NCBI GenBank assembly: GCA_965224025.1
Contig: OZ245033.1
Coordinates: forward strand, 448,001-512,000
Source of the DNA: Candidatus Multivorans sp.
GTDB lineage: Bacteria > Acidobacteriota > Thermoanaerobaculia > Multivoradales > Multivoraceae
Reading direction: 5' to 3'
Length of the DNA stretch: 64,000 nt
Of the stretch, positions 32,184-44,259 are shown piece after piece. The number at the start of each line of letters is the position of its first letter. Within the stretch, counting starts at the first letter, position 1. Both the position numbers and the translations under genes were made by a program. The notes beneath the pieces are model-generated. The model had not been told where the DNA came from and did no database searches. It saw only the letters and a list, made by a program, of their open reading frames with translations.

Positions 32184-32495
32184 TCATGCTGGCCGGGCCT
32201 CGTAGCGTTGGACGTCGATCTCCCCTGCGCGAGCGCGTACGCGCGAAGCGTCGTACCAAGCCTGCATCCTCAGCAACGTATCCATGCTCACGCCGAAGGC
32301 CTTCTCGATACGCAGGGCCATTTCCGCCGAAAGAGCCGAGTTTCCGTTCAACAGATCCGAGAGCGTAGCCCTGCGCACGCCGAGAATCTCGGCAGCCTTC
32401 GTGACGTTCAGGCCCAGCTCCTCGATGATCTCTGTGCGAATGAAATCGCCAGGGTGGGAAGGCGTCATCTTCACGTTGACTCCGGTGCTCGCCAT
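32184..32495 (-). CDS. higA: HigA family antitoxin
   Basis: PSHPGDFIR...LSAEMALRIEKAFG...LLRMQAWYD. Confidence 0.9.
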   Translation of the reverse strand: MASTGVNVKMTPSHPGDFIRTEIIEELGLNVTKAAEILGVRRATLSDLLNGNSALSAEMALRIEKAFGVSMDTLLRMQAWYDASRVRARAGEIDVQRYEARPA

Positions 32496-32584
32496 CAGTG
32501 GCAGTCCTCCAGATTCAAGCGGTCTACGTAGTCGTCCGTTTCTTCGAACGTGATGCGCCAGTTGCCGGAGACCGAGACGCTCCA
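32495..32584 (-). pseudogene. higB: C-terminal 29 codons of a HigB/RelE toxin
   Basis: WSVSVSGNWRITFEE...LEDCH-stop with TGATG overlap into higA; N-terminus absent. Confidence 0.85.
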
Positions 32585-32949
32585 TGGGGTTCCTTGCCCT
32601 CTTCGGGATGAACCTCGCGGACGGTCACGGACGGGGATTCACCTGCCTCGTACGTGAACGCGTACTTCAGGGCCTTGCGGTTCTCCTCGGGCACCGGGTC
32701 CACGTGTGTGGCAAGTTCAGGCCCGTCGAAGACGTTGATCTTGCAGAACTCCTCGCCCTGGCACACGCGCTTCCCCATCTGAACCCAGTCCTCCATCTTC
32801 GTGTCGGGCCGAATCCAGGCGCCCCAGGCGAGGCCCGTCAAGCCGACCGGATTGAGCGGCGGCGGGGAACCGCCCTGTTGCTGTCCGAAGGCCGCAACGG
32901 ACAGGAAGAAGATCGTGCTGATGGCCAGAACGTGAGTGCGTCGGTTCAC
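32585..32949 (-). pseudogene. Secreted hypothetical protein with its 3' end fused to the higB remnant
   Basis: Signal peptide; reads out of frame through the higB fragment to 32524. Confidence 0.5.
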
Positions 32950-33169
32950 GGAGAGTCACCTCATCGGGCCGAAGTCTGTCGGTAGAAGAGTTCCTGCCTC
33001 GCAACTCTACCCGGGCCGTGCTAGGGGGTCTCCCGCCGTGGCCGGCGACCGCTTCTGAGCATCGGTCGCGTCGTCCTTTCGCAGTTTGCTGGCTGGATGG
33101 CCGCGCAGGAGCCTCGCCGAGCGGTACAGTGCGGCGCACCGGTAGGACGAGGCACGGAGGAGCACGGCC

Positions 33170-34237
33170 ATGGAGTTCTGGACTAAAACCGTCGCCGCAC
33201 CGACCCGCGGCGCCGAGTTCGCCCTCGAGGCCGAGGACCGGGGCTGGGACGGCATCGACGTCGTCGACTCGCAGAACCTCTCCGGCGACCCCTACGTTTC
33301 TCTCGCCCTGGCGGCGACGACGACCAGGAAGCTGGGGGTCGCGACTTCGGTGACGAACCCGGTCACGCGGCACCCGGCGGTTACGGCATCCTCGGCCCTC
33401 TCCGTGCAACTGGTGTCACGGGGCCGGATGGTGCTCGGCATCGGCCGCGGCGACAGCGCGCTGGCGCACCTCGGCCGAGCGCCCGCGCGCCTGGGATGGT
33501 TCGAGAACCACCTCGTCAACCTGCAGGCGTACCTGCGCGGCGAGGAAGTGGCGTTCGAGGACACGAGCATTGCGGACGAAGCCGCGCCGCTTGCCGAGAA
33601 GCTCGGATTGGCGCACGGTCCCTCGGCCAGCTCGATCCGCTGGATCGGCGACTGGCCCAAGGTGCCAGTCGAGGTCGCGGCAACCGGTCCGAAGGTGATC
33701 GGGATCGCCGCCCGCCAGGCCGACCGGGTCATGCTCGCAGTCGGCGCCGATCCGAAACGCGTTGCGTGGGGCATCGAGACGGCGCGCAACGCCGCCGCGG
33801 AGGCTGGCCGCGATCCGGACTCGCTCCGGTTCGGCGCCTATGTGAACCTCGTCTGCTGCGACGACCCGGCAGTCGGCCGCGAACTCGGTCGGGCGACCAC
33901 CGGCCTGTTCGCCCGCTTCTCGGTCATGTACGGCGAGATCGCCGGGCCCGCCGACGAGCGTGAGGCGGACGTGTTCCACAAGCTCCACGACAGCTACGAC
34001 ATGAACGCCCACGGTCGGGCAGGCGGACAGCAGACGGCCGCGCTGACCGACGAGTTCATCGACGGTTACGCGATCATCGGCCAGCCCGATCACTGCGCGG
34101 CGCGGATCGAGGCGCTGCTCGAGCTCGGAGTCGACAAATTCGCGGTCACCGGACCCAACTTCGCGTCGCCGAGCCCGCCGGCCCGGGAGGCCGCGGAGCG
34201 GTTCACGGAGGACGTCCTGCCCCGGTTGCGGGGGTAG
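33170..34237 (+). CDS. LLM-class (luciferase-like) flavin/F420-dependent oxidoreductase
   Basis: VTNPVTRHPAV, GRMVLGIGRGDSA, VAATGPK. Confidence 0.9.
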   Translation: MEFWTKTVAAPTRGAEFALEAEDRGWDGIDVVDSQNLSGDPYVSLALAATTTRKLGVATSVTNPVTRHPAVTASSALSVQLVSRGRMVLGIGRGDSALAHLGRAPARLGWFENHLVNLQAYLRGEEVAFEDTSIADEAAPLAEKLGLAHGPSASSIRWIGDWPKVPVEVAATGPKVIGIAARQADRVMLAVGADPKRVAWGIETARNAAAEAGRDPDSLRFGAYVNLVCCDDPAVGRELGRATTGLFARFSVMYGEIAGPADEREADVFHKLHDSYDMNAHGRAGGQQTAALTDEFIDGYAIIGQPDHCAARIEALLELGVDKFAVTGPNFASPSPPAREAAERFTEDVLPRLRG

Positions 34238-34268
34238 GCGCCGCCGCCGGCCAAACCGTCGGTTCGCG

Positions 34269-34300
34269 CCGGATGCGGGCAGGATGCCCGCGTTCCCAGG
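34269..34300. repeat. Family-A REP-like palindrome between convergent genes
   Basis: ccggatgcgggcaggatgcccgcgttcccagg. Confidence 0.9.
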
Positions 34301-34321
34301 AACGGAGCACCGGCCGGCGGT

Positions 34322-35566
34322 TCACGCGTTCCGCTTGATGTCCCGGAACGGGCCCTTGTCGGCGCGGAATCCCTTCGGCATCCCGAGGACGCGCTCGGAG
34401 ATGATGTTGCGCTGAATCTCGTCCGTGCCGCCGGCGATCGAGATCGCGGGCACGGAGACCAGGATCTCGGCGACGATGCCGTCCGCCGCCGATTCGGGGC
34501 CGCTCAGCATGGCGTCAGCGCCCGAGATCATCGTGTGGACCAGCGACGCCTGGCGGGCGATGACGCTGGCCGCGAGCTTGCCGATCGACCCGGCGGGGAT
34601 GATGTCGGTCGTCCCGGCCTTGCGCTTCGCCTCGGCGCTGTCGGACGCGAGTCGCGCCCCGGTGGACAGGCAGATCAGCTTCGCGATCTCCTGCCGCACC
34701 GCCGGATCCTGGATCGCGCCGGTCTCTCGCGCGCGCGGCAGCACGAGATCGACCCGGCCCTCGCGTTGCGGATACCAGGTGTAGGGCTCGGTGGCGATCC
34801 GGATCTCCTCTTCGTACTCCGCGTAGATGGGCCCCTGCTTCGGGCCTTCGAGCGAGGACCCCCGGACCCGGCGGCTGAAGCCGCGGCGTTCGAAGGACAG
34901 CGTGGTCGAGGCGACGTGCCAGCCGGCGCCCTCGCCGCCGATCAGGTCCTCGGGACGCACGACGGCGTTCGACATGAACACCTCGTTGAACGACTGGTGC
35001 CCGTTCATCTGCTTGAGCGGCCGCGCCTCGACCCCCGGCTGCCGCATGTCGAGCAGGAAGTAGCTGATCCCCTGGTGCTTCGGGACATCCCAGTCGCTGC
35101 GCGCGACCAGGAGCCCGAAGTCCGCGTGGTGGGCGCTCGTGTTCCAGACTTTCTGGCCGTTGATGATCCACTTCCCTTCCACGAGTTCCGCCCGAGTGCT
35201 CAGGCCGGCCAGATCGGAGCCGCTGCCGGGCTCGCTGAAGAGCTGGCACCAAGTGTGTTCGCCGGTAAGTATGGGCCGGAGGAACCGCCGCTTCTGGTCG
35301 TCCGACCCGCAGGCCAGGATCGTCTCCGAGGCCAGCCCGCGAGGACCCACCTGGGCGGCCGGGACCACGTCCTTCTCTCTGAAGACTTCGGCGACCACCA
35401 CGGCCTGGTCCAGCGTGAAGCCGCGGCCGTACCACTCCTCGGGCCAGTGCGGCGCCGCCCAGCCAGCCTCGAGCAGGATGTTCCGCCACTCGATCAGGGG
35501 ACGATCGGTACGCCAGTTCGCGTCGAGCCAGGCGGAAACTTCGCGCCGGATCCGTTCCGGGGTCAT
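34322..35566 (-). CDS. Acyl-CoA dehydrogenase (catalytic-type subunit)
   Basis: WCQLFSEPGSGSDLA, NGQKVW, SIAGGTDEIQRNII. Confidence 0.92.
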   Translation of the reverse strand: MTPERIRREVSAWLDANWRTDRPLIEWRNILLEAGWAAPHWPEEWYGRGFTLDQAVVVAEVFREKDVVPAAQVGPRGLASETILACGSDDQKRRFLRPILTGEHTWCQLFSEPGSGSDLAGLSTRAELVEGKWIINGQKVWNTSAHHADFGLLVARSDWDVPKHQGISYFLLDMRQPGVEARPLKQMNGHQSFNEVFMSNAVVRPEDLIGGEGAGWHVASTTLSFERRGFSRRVRGSSLEGPKQGPIYAEYEEEIRIATEPYTWYPQREGRVDLVLPRARETGAIQDPAVRQEIAKLICLSTGARLASDSAEAKRKAGTTDIIPAGSIGKLAASVIARQASLVHTMISGADAMLSGPESAADGIVAEILVSVPAISIAGGTDEIQRNIISERVLGMPKGFRADKGPFRDIKRNA

Positions 35567-36663
35567 GCCGCGCCCTCGAGCATCGTCATCATCCGTTCGC
35601 GATGGATCGCCGGGGTGCCGAGAAACACCTCGGAGGCCTTCGCGCGCTTGAACCACAGGTGGGTGTCGTTCTCCCATGTGAAGCCGATCCCTCCCCGCAA
35701 CTGGATGCCCGCTCGCGCCGCGCTCATGTAGGCGTCGGCGGCCGCCGCCTTCGCCATGCTCGCGGCGTAGGGTTCGCCCTCGCCGGCGTCCAGGCAGCGC
35801 GCGGAGTGGTAGGTCAGCGCACGCGCCAGTTCGATCTCTACAGCCAAGTCGGCGCAGCGGTGCTTGAGCGCCTGGAAGGAACCGATCGGCCGGCCGAACT
35901 GGAACCGGTCCTTCGTGTACGCGACGGTGGACTCGAAGAGCCGCTGGGCACCGCCGATCATCTCGTGGGCCAGCGCGGAGCAGATGAGGTCCCAGATCCG
36001 GTTCAGGGTTTCGCCGCTCACCGCCCCAACCGGCCGGCCAGGAACGTCGGTGAACACCACCCGGGACAGCTTCCGGGTCGGGTCCAGGACCTCAAGCGGC
36101 TCGATCTCGAGACCCGGCGCGCCGGACTCGACCGCGTGGAGCCCGAGCCCCGAACTCGTCCCGGCCATCACCAGCAACAGGTCGGCGACGTGGGCATCGA
36201 CCACCATCGCCGCCGTTCCCGAAAGCCGACCGCCTTCCGCCGTCCGGAGCGACCCGCCGATACCGGCCAGGCTGTTCAGATCGTCGAGGACCAGCGTCGC
36301 GATCACGGAACCCGAGGCGATACCCGGCAGCAGCTCCGACCGTCCCGGCTCGTCCGCCGCCTCCAGCAGCGCGGTTCCGGCCATCACGGCCGAGGCGAAG
36401 AACGGGCCGCAGAAGAGCGTCCGTCCCATCTCCTCGGCGACGATGCCGAGGTCCACCGGCCCGCCGCCGGCGCCGCCGTGGGCCTCCGGAATGTGGACGC
36501 CGGCAAGGCCCGCGTCGCCGCAAAGCTCCTGCCACACGACCGGGTCGTAGCCGCGGTCGGAGGCCATCAACTCGCGGACGGCGGTCGTCGGCGACTTGTC
36601 GCGGAGCGCCCGCGCCACGATGTCGCGTAGAAGCTGCTGCTCCCTCGAGAACCCTGTTTGCAC
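35563..36663 (-). CDS. Acyl-CoA dehydrogenase (short partner subunit)
   Basis: RFQFGRPIGSFQALKH, GGIGFTWE; ATGA coupling. Confidence 0.9.
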   Translation of the reverse strand: MQTGFSREQQLLRDIVARALRDKSPTTAVRELMASDRGYDPVVWQELCGDAGLAGVHIPEAHGGAGGGPVDLGIVAEEMGRTLFCGPFFASAVMAGTALLEAADEPGRSELLPGIASGSVIATLVLDDLNSLAGIGGSLRTAEGGRLSGTAAMVVDAHVADLLLVMAGTSSGLGLHAVESGAPGLEIEPLEVLDPTRKLSRVVFTDVPGRPVGAVSGETLNRIWDLICSALAHEMIGGAQRLFESTVAYTKDRFQFGRPIGSFQALKHRCADLAVEIELARALTYHSARCLDAGEGEPYAASMAKAAAADAYMSAARAGIQLRGGIGFTWENDTHLWFKRAKASEVFLGTPAIHRERMMTMLEGAA

Positions 36664-36761
36664 GCTTCCTCCTCCAGTCGCTAGAGATAGAGTCTACGGC
36701 GGCCCCGGAGCCAGCATCGTACTGAGTGGCCAGACACCATCCAACTCGAACCAGGCCAGGC

Positions 36762-37424
36762 ATGCCAGAGTCCAGCCGCTTGAATTCAGGAGCCAGGGGT
36801 CGAGGCGTCACACGTCCACGCCGCACTCAGGCCGAGCGGCGGGCCGAATCCGAACGCGAGATCCTCCAGGCCGCCGCGGTTCTCTTCGGCCGCCAGGGCT
36901 ACACGTCGACCACCCTGGAGCAGATCGGGATGAAGGCCGGCTATTCGAGCGCCCTCGTGTCGCTGCGCTTCGGCTCCAAGGAGGGAATCGCCGAGGCGAT
37001 CGTCGCCCGCCTCCAGACCCGGGCCGGCAGCGAAGTATTCGAACCGGAGGAGGGGGTGACCGGCCTCGCCAGCCTGAACCGCCTGTTCAACGGCTACTCC
37101 GAGCTGCTCCGCAATGCCGAGCAGTGGATGCGCGCCCTGTTCATGCTGATGACCGACTCCCTCGGGCCCCTGAACGGGAAGATCGACCTGTTTCGCGCCG
37201 GCAACGAGAACTTCGCCGCCGCAATCGAACGAGCCGTTCGGGAAGGACAACAGGCCGGCGAGATCCGGGCCGACCTGGACCCAGCCGAAACCGCCTTCCA
37301 GGTTCTCGCTGCGGTTCGGGGAGCGACTCTTCTCTGGTTGCTTGATCCGAGGAAGGTCGACGTCGTGGAGGCGATTCAGAGGCTGCGCGTCAGCACAGTG
37401 GAGCGGCTCAGGCCCGACGAGTAG
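36762..37424 (+). CDS. TetR/AcrR family regulator
   Basis: ILQAAAVLFGRQGY...FGSKEG HTH; divergent from the dehydrogenase pair. Confidence 0.9.
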   Translation: MPESSRLNSGARGRGVTRPRRTQAERRAESEREILQAAAVLFGRQGYTSTTLEQIGMKAGYSSALVSLRFGSKEGIAEAIVARLQTRAGSEVFEPEEGVTGLASLNRLFNGYSELLRNAEQWMRALFMLMTDSLGPLNGKIDLFRAGNENFAAAIERAVREGQQAGEIRADLDPAETAFQVLAAVRGATLLWLLDPRKVDVVEAIQRLRVSTVERLRPDE

Positions 37425-37459
37425 CCCCTCCACGGGAAGGAACTGCCACCCGGAACGGG

Positions 37460-38808
37460 TTGCTCCAGACGTCGAACGCCGTTTTCGTCGACGAAGCCGA
37501 GATCGCCGCGTGGCACGCGAAGTTCCCACAGCCCTATAAGCGCGAGGAGTACCTTGGTCTCTACGCCGACGTCCACGGCACGCCGGAAGAGCCCCACAAC
37601 CGCCACATCCACGAGCTGGCACGCACGGCCTCAAGCGCGTCGGCCGCCACGGCAGGTTCTCCGCCATGGGCGTGCCGCTCGTGGAACTCCCGCGCTGGAA
37701 CGACATTCAGCTACTCACCGCCCAACTCGCCCGCCGGCCGCTGGCGGACGACGATCCGGTCGAAACCGAGTTGGTCATCGGCCCACGGGCGGCCAGGCCG
37801 CTGCGCCTGCGCATCCCTATCTTCGTCAGCGACATGAGCTTCGGTGCCTTGAGCGAAGAGGCGAAGCTCGCCCTGGCGAAGGGAGCGGAGATGGCGGGCA
37901 CCGGCATCTGCTCGGGCGAGGGCGGCATGCTGCCGGAGGAGCAGCAGAGCAACACGCGCTACTTCTATGAACTCGCCTCCGGCAAGTTCGGCTGGTCGCT
38001 CGACAAAGCCGCGCTGGCGCAAGCGTTCCATTTCAAGGGCGGGCAGGGCGCGAAGACGGGTACCGGCGGGCACCTTCCCGGCGCCAAGGTGAGCGGCAAG
38101 ATCGCCGAAGTGCGGGGCCTCGAGCCGGGTACGGCGGCGATCAGCCCGTCGCGGTTTCCCGACCTCGTCTCGCCGGAGGACTTCCGCGAACTGGCCGATC
38201 AGGTCCGTGAACGAACCGCCGGCATTCCCATCGGCTTCAAGATGTCGGCCCAACACGTCGAGGACGACATCGACTTCGCGCTCGACGTGGGCGTCGACTA
38301 CATCATCCTGGACGGCCGCGGCGGCGCCACAGGAGCGGCGCCCGACATCTTCAAGGACAACATCTCGGTGCCGACCATCCCGGCGCTGGCCCGCGCCCGC
38401 CGTCATCTCGACGCGCGCGACCACGGCGAGGACGTGACCCTGATCATCACCGGGGGCCTTCGTACCGAGTCCGACTTCGTGAAGGCCCTGGCGCTGGGCG
38501 CCGACGGCATCGCCGTCGCCAACTCGGCCATCCAGGCGATCGGCTGCCTGGGCATGCGCGCCTGCCACACGAACAACTGCCCCGTCGGCATCGCGACGCA
38601 GAAACCCGAGCTGCGCGCCCGACTGCGAATCGGCTCCTCAGCCCGTCAACTGGCCAACTATCTCGAAGCCACGGTCGACCTGATGAAGGTCCTGGCCCGC
38701 GCCTGCGGCCACGACGATCTTCGCCGGTTCGGCACAGGCGACCTCGTCACCTGGAAGCGCGACATGGCGGACCTCGCAGGCATTCCGTACGCCGGCGTCG
38801 GTGGCTGA
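37460..38808 (+). pseudogene. FMN-binding glutamate synthase-like protein, N-terminus lost and frameshifted near 37625
   Basis: MSFGALS, GQGAK, CLGMRACHTNNCPVGIATQ; upstream homologous frame shifted; ORF 37666..38808 may still be translated. Confidence 0.75.
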
Positions 38809-38834
38809 CGCGGCGCTCAGCGGCGCTTCGCGCC

Positions 38835-38863
38835 GATGCGGGCAGGATGCCCGCGTTCCCAGG
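38835..38863. repeat. Family-A REP-like palindrome
   Basis: gatgcgggcaggatgcccgcgttcccagg. Confidence 0.88.
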
Positions 38864-38901
38864 ATTCCGTGTGGAACGAGCGTCGCCAACGGGCGACGGA
38901 G

Positions 38902-38978
38902 TGGCGCACCCTGGAGGAGTCGAACCCCCAACCTTCGGATCCGTAGTCCGACGCTCTATCCAGTTGAGCTAAGGGTGC
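38902..38978 (-). tRNA. tRNA-Arg (anticodon ACG)
   Basis: GCACCCTTAGCTCAACTGGATAGAGC...CT-ACG-GA...GGTTCGACTCC...GCCA; 77-nt cloverleaf with encoded CCA. Confidence 0.97.
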
Positions 38979-39279
38979 ACGGATCGCCGCGCCGCGCGAG
39001 TGGGGCACCTTACCAGCTTGTGGAGCCAACCGGGACCCCTAGCGGCCACGAGTCAGTCCGTGGCTAGCCCTCTCGGCACCGACGTCCAGCCCAGTCGGGG
39101 CAGGAGGGGTCGGCTCCCGGGTGCCTCTGAACGAGCGACGGACGACGACATCGCCCTAGCCGACGCCCTACCGAAGCGAGTGCAGCGGAGTGAGCGCAAC
39201 CCTATCCCATCTCCTCTCAAGCGCGAACGTCACCTGGGAGCTGACCCTTCTGCCCCAGAACGGGCGGGTCCTGCCAGTG

Positions 39280-40641
39280 CTAGTCGCCGGCCCCAGTCGC
39301 AGCCGCTGCAGTGTGCTCCTCGTACTCCTCCTCCGACAGGAACACGAAGTTCGTCCAACCGATCGCCATGTCGTCGACGGTCCGGTTGCCCCAGCCGACC
39401 CACGCCGTGGGATCCGGGTTGTAGGGGTTGTTCTCCGAGTTGTCGTGGTAAGAGGTCACATGCAGCACGGTGCCGGTGGGAAGCACCGGCGGGTTCTTGT
39501 ACGGATAGGCGATCTGCCAGTTGAAGTCGTCGTTCTCGATGCGCGTGAGCAGTTCGCGTCGGCCGTCGGTGTGGATCGCCTCGAGCTGCATCGCCTTGCC
39601 GCGGTAGTGCATGTGGGCCTGGAAGCTGATCAACTGGATCGGTCGGTCGAGCACGCGGTAGCCGTCGTGACGGACGTTGTCGGCGCCGGGCGGAATGGAC
39701 AGTTCGTTGTTGCGCCAGCCGCGGTTGCTGGGCAGGCCGGCGAACAGCCGTGTCGAGACGATCCGGTGCTTGGGCGCCACGCCGCGTGGATAGAAGCCGA
39801 AGCCGATTCGCGTTCGGTCCCGGATCTCCTCGCCGACCGAATGGTAGTGGCCGCTGAAACGGATTACAGCGCCGGCCATCAGCAGCTTGCCCGTGTTCTC
39901 GGCGTAGACGTCGCCCGTGTTGCCGACCGCGTACTCGATCAGCAGCGATCCCACCGGGTTGCCTTCGGCATCGCGACGGTTCGGATCGTCGTCGCGCTCG
40001 AAGAAGTCCCGGTCCACGTAGTCCGCGTCGTTCTGCATCGCGTAGACCATCGTGTGATGGACGCTCCGCCGGCCCTCCTTGCTCGGCTTGACCTCGATCC
40101 AGCGGATGTAGCGGTCTTCGGTGAGGCCGCTGTCGGCGAGGAAGTTGACGAACAGGTCCGGGCCCTCAGGCGGAACGACCATGTCCTTCTGCATTTCGAC
40201 CACGAGGTCGGGCTCGCCGTACTCCCACGCGTCGCCGTCGGGAAAGTCGATCGGCGGCGGCAGGTCGTCCGGGTTGCCGCGCGGTGCGCCCGCGTCGACC
40301 CAGGAAGTGACCAGGGCGATCTCCTCGTCGCTCAGGCTCGGGTCGGAGTCGTACTCGCCGATCGTGCGGTCGATGTGCCAGGGCGGCATCTCCCGGCTTG
40401 CCACCCGCCGCTTGATCGAGCGCGCCCAGGGCCGGGTCTGTTCGTAGGTGAGCAGCGCCATCGGCGAGGCGGTGCCCGGCCGGTGGCAGCGCTGGCAGGA
40501 GCGCTGGAGGATGGGCGCGATGTCGCGGCTGAAGGTCGGGGCTTCGCCGTCGGCCGCAGCGGCCGGCGAGGCCGCCGGGGCCGCAAGGAAGGCGTACAGC
40601 AGGATCGGCGCCGGAGTCATCGCGTGGAGAGTGCGGTTCAT
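39280..40641 (-). CDS. Cytochrome c domain / copper type II ascorbate-dependent monooxygenase-like protein
   Basis: Signal peptide, CQRCH, MPPW, VHH, HYH, HMH and terminal DDM; start at ATG 40641. Confidence 0.85.
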   Translation of the reverse strand: MNRTLHAMTPAPILLYAFLAAPAASPAAAADGEAPTFSRDIAPILQRSCQRCHRPGTASPMALLTYEQTRPWARSIKRRVASREMPPWHIDRTIGEYDSDPSLSDEEIALVTSWVDAGAPRGNPDDLPPPIDFPDGDAWEYGEPDLVVEMQKDMVVPPEGPDLFVNFLADSGLTEDRYIRWIEVKPSKEGRRSVHHTMVYAMQNDADYVDRDFFERDDDPNRRDAEGNPVGSLLIEYAVGNTGDVYAENTGKLLMAGAVIRFSGHYHSVGEEIRDRTRIGFGFYPRGVAPKHRIVSTRLFAGLPSNRGWRNNELSIPPGADNVRHDGYRVLDRPIQLISFQAHMHYRGKAMQLEAIHTDGRRELLTRIENDDFNWQIAYPYKNPPVLPTGTVLHVTSYHDNSENNPYNPDPTAWVGWGNRTVDDMAIGWTNFVFLSEEEYEEHTAAAATGAGD

Positions 40642-41141
40642 GGTTCGCTCCCGGTCGTGGCCGGTTGGGGTTCGACGCAGACCCCGCGCTCGGCGGCGGC
40701 GGTGTCGATCTGCTTCGCGCGGTGGTAGGCCATGGAGATGTTCTCGATCAGGTAGAGGGGATCGATGCCGCCGCGTTCGGTGGTGGTCTGCGTGCTCTCC
40801 GCCCAGGTCAGCGTCCAGCCCAGGTTGCCCTGGTAGTCGTTCGGCTGGACGATGAGACAGACGCTGCGCTGGCGTCCCGGTTCGAAGACGGTCGGCTGGC
40901 CCCGGTCGGCGGGTCCCGGGTCGAAGCCGTTCGCTTCGCCTGCCGGAATCTCGACCGCGACCGAGTTGTGGTTGTAGTAGCCGAATACCAGCACCGCGGT
41001 CTGGTCCTCGTTCACGACGTAGCCCTCGTAAACCGGGTAGATCGGCCGGTTGGGCTGCGCGCTCGCCGGGGCCGCCGGCGCGAGCAGGGCGGCGGCGAGC
41101 AGGGCGAACGCCGGGGCGCGGATCGAGGACGGTTTCGTCAT
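40638..41141 (-). CDS. Secreted hypothetical protein coupled to the monooxygenase
   Basis: Signal peptide; PVYEGY...FGYYNHN...DRGQPTVFEPGRQ; ATGA overlap. Confidence 0.8.
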   Translation of the reverse strand: MTKPSSIRAPAFALLAAALLAPAAPASAQPNRPIYPVYEGYVVNEDQTAVLVFGYYNHNSVAVEIPAGEANGFDPGPADRGQPTVFEPGRQRSVCLIVQPNDYQGNLGWTLTWAESTQTTTERGGIDPLYLIENISMAYHRAKQIDTAAAERGVCVEPQPATTGSEP

Positions 41142-41159
41142 CGCACGTAGCGGGTCGAA

Positions 41160-42725
<1,566 letters not shown>

Positions 42726-42785
42726 ACGCAGGCCCTCCCTGTTCTACGCCGTGGACGGAAGGGTCATCTTAGCGCCCGCGCGGCG

Positions 42786-44126
42786 TCACGCCGCCTCCCA
42801 CAACCTTCGAACCGGCACGGCGTACATGCCATGCCCGAAACCCGTACTTGCCTCGCCGTCATAGAGCACGACTCCGCGGACGAAGCGCTTGCCCGCTGCC
42901 CTGGCCAGCTTGCGCAGGCCACTGAAGTCCGCGTGCGTGACGGTGGCTGCGGCCTTGATCTCCACTCCGGCAATGAACCGGGCGCCGCGCTCGATCACGA
43001 GGTCCACTTCCGCGCCGTCCTTGTCGCGGAAGTGGTGGAACCTCATGGACGCGTCGTGCCAACTTGCCTGGCGCCGCAGTTCCTGGAACACGAAGGTCTC
43101 CAGAAGCCGTCCGAGCAAGGAACGGTCGCCGGCGAGCGCCGGGGCGTCCACGCCCAGCAGCGCGGCGGCAAGGCCGGTATCGCCGACGTGCAGCTTGGGC
43201 GTCTTGATCAACCGGCTCAGGCGGTTGCTGTGCCAGGGCTGGAGTCGTTCCAGCAGGAAGAGCCTCTCCAGGAGCGCGACGTAGTCGCCGATCGTGGGCC
43301 GGCTCAGGTTGAAGGGCGAGGCCAGACTGGTGAGGTTGAAGAGTCTGGCGGTCTGTGAAGCAGTGGCACTCAGGAGAGCGGGCAGGATGTCGAACGATCG
43401 GATTCGTGTCATGTCGCGGACGTCGCGCTGGATTTGCGTTTCAACGTAGTTGCGATGCCATTCGGCCTGGCGTTCGGCGGTTGGACGCAGGAGCGCCGCG
43501 GGGAATCCGCCCGCGACGATCCGGTCAATGAGCCGCTTGCCGAGCCGCTCGGTTCGACGCACCGGGAATCCCTCTCCGAACAGGGCGCTCAGGAATCCGG
43601 TGCTGGAGTAGGAATCGCCGCGTACGGCCGGGTCGGCCAGTTCGTACTGCGCCAGCGGATGCAGCGGCACGATCTGCAGGCGACCCGCCAGGGATTCGGA
43701 CAGCGCCGGGAGGAGCAGCACGTTGGTGGAACCGGTGAGTACGAAGCGGCCGGGCGCCCGGCGTCGGTCGACCTCCATCTTGAGCGCTTCGAACAGGCTC
43801 GGAACGTGCTGGACTTCGTCCAGGATGACTCGTTCGGGCAGGTCCGCGACGAAGCCCGCGGGATCGGCCCTGGCGCCCTCTCTGGCGACCGCGTCGTCGA
43901 AGCTGATGTAGGCGTAGTCCCGGTGGCTTGGCCCCCGCGTTGGCCGGATGCCGCTCCAGGCTGCGGAGTCGCCGCCCCAGGTCAAGCGGTGCGAAGCGCA
44001 GGCGTATTGGGCGAGGGTCGTCTTGCCGCACTGCCGCGGACCGTGGATGAGCACGACCGGCGAGTCTTCCAGCGCTTCGGCCAAGCGCTCCTCGGCGCTG
44101 CGTGGATAGAAGATCGGCGTCGGCAT
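42786..44126 (-). CDS. AAA+ ATPase with wHTH and C-terminal DUF4143 PD-(D/E)xK nuclease-like domain (COG1373 type)
   Basis: GPRQCGKTT, ILDEVQ, LTGS, GGFP, KTPKLH, EVDLVIE...GVEIK; start re-called at ATG 44126. Confidence 0.9.
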   Translation of the reverse strand: MPTPIFYPRSAEERLAEALEDSPVVLIHGPRQCGKTTLAQYACASHRLTWGGDSAAWSGIRPTRGPSHRDYAYISFDDAVAREGARADPAGFVADLPERVILDEVQHVPSLFEALKMEVDRRRAPGRFVLTGSTNVLLLPALSESLAGRLQIVPLHPLAQYELADPAVRGDSYSSTGFLSALFGEGFPVRRTERLGKRLIDRIVAGGFPAALLRPTAERQAEWHRNYVETQIQRDVRDMTRIRSFDILPALLSATASQTARLFNLTSLASPFNLSRPTIGDYVALLERLFLLERLQPWHSNRLSRLIKTPKLHVGDTGLAAALLGVDAPALAGDRSLLGRLLETFVFQELRRQASWHDASMRFHHFRDKDGAEVDLVIERGARFIAGVEIKAAATVTHADFSGLRKLARAAGKRFVRGVVLYDGEASTGFGHGMYAVPVRRLWEAA

Positions 44127-44230
44127 TCGGCCGATCGTAACGTTGATGGTCGACTGATTGCAAGGTTGAGGCTCGGCCAATCGAAAGCTTGGGGTTCGGC
44201 CAATCGTAAGGTTGAGCGTCGGCCAATCGC
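44127..44230. repeat. Tandem 23-nt direct repeats (about 4.5 copies)
   Basis: Units start at 44127, 44150, 44173, 44196 and 44219; consensus TCGGCCAATCGTAAGGTTGAnnn. Confidence 0.92.
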
Positions 44231-44259
44231 AGATCTCTCGATTCCGGAGACCCGATCCC

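Noticed and set aside
38902-38978. tRNA-Arg as an island attachment site
   Set aside because: No duplicated tRNA 3' end seen in the window and no adjacent integrase
44127-44230. CRISPR array
   Set aside because: Units are contiguous 23-mers with only about 3 variable bases and no unique spacers; no cas genes in the window
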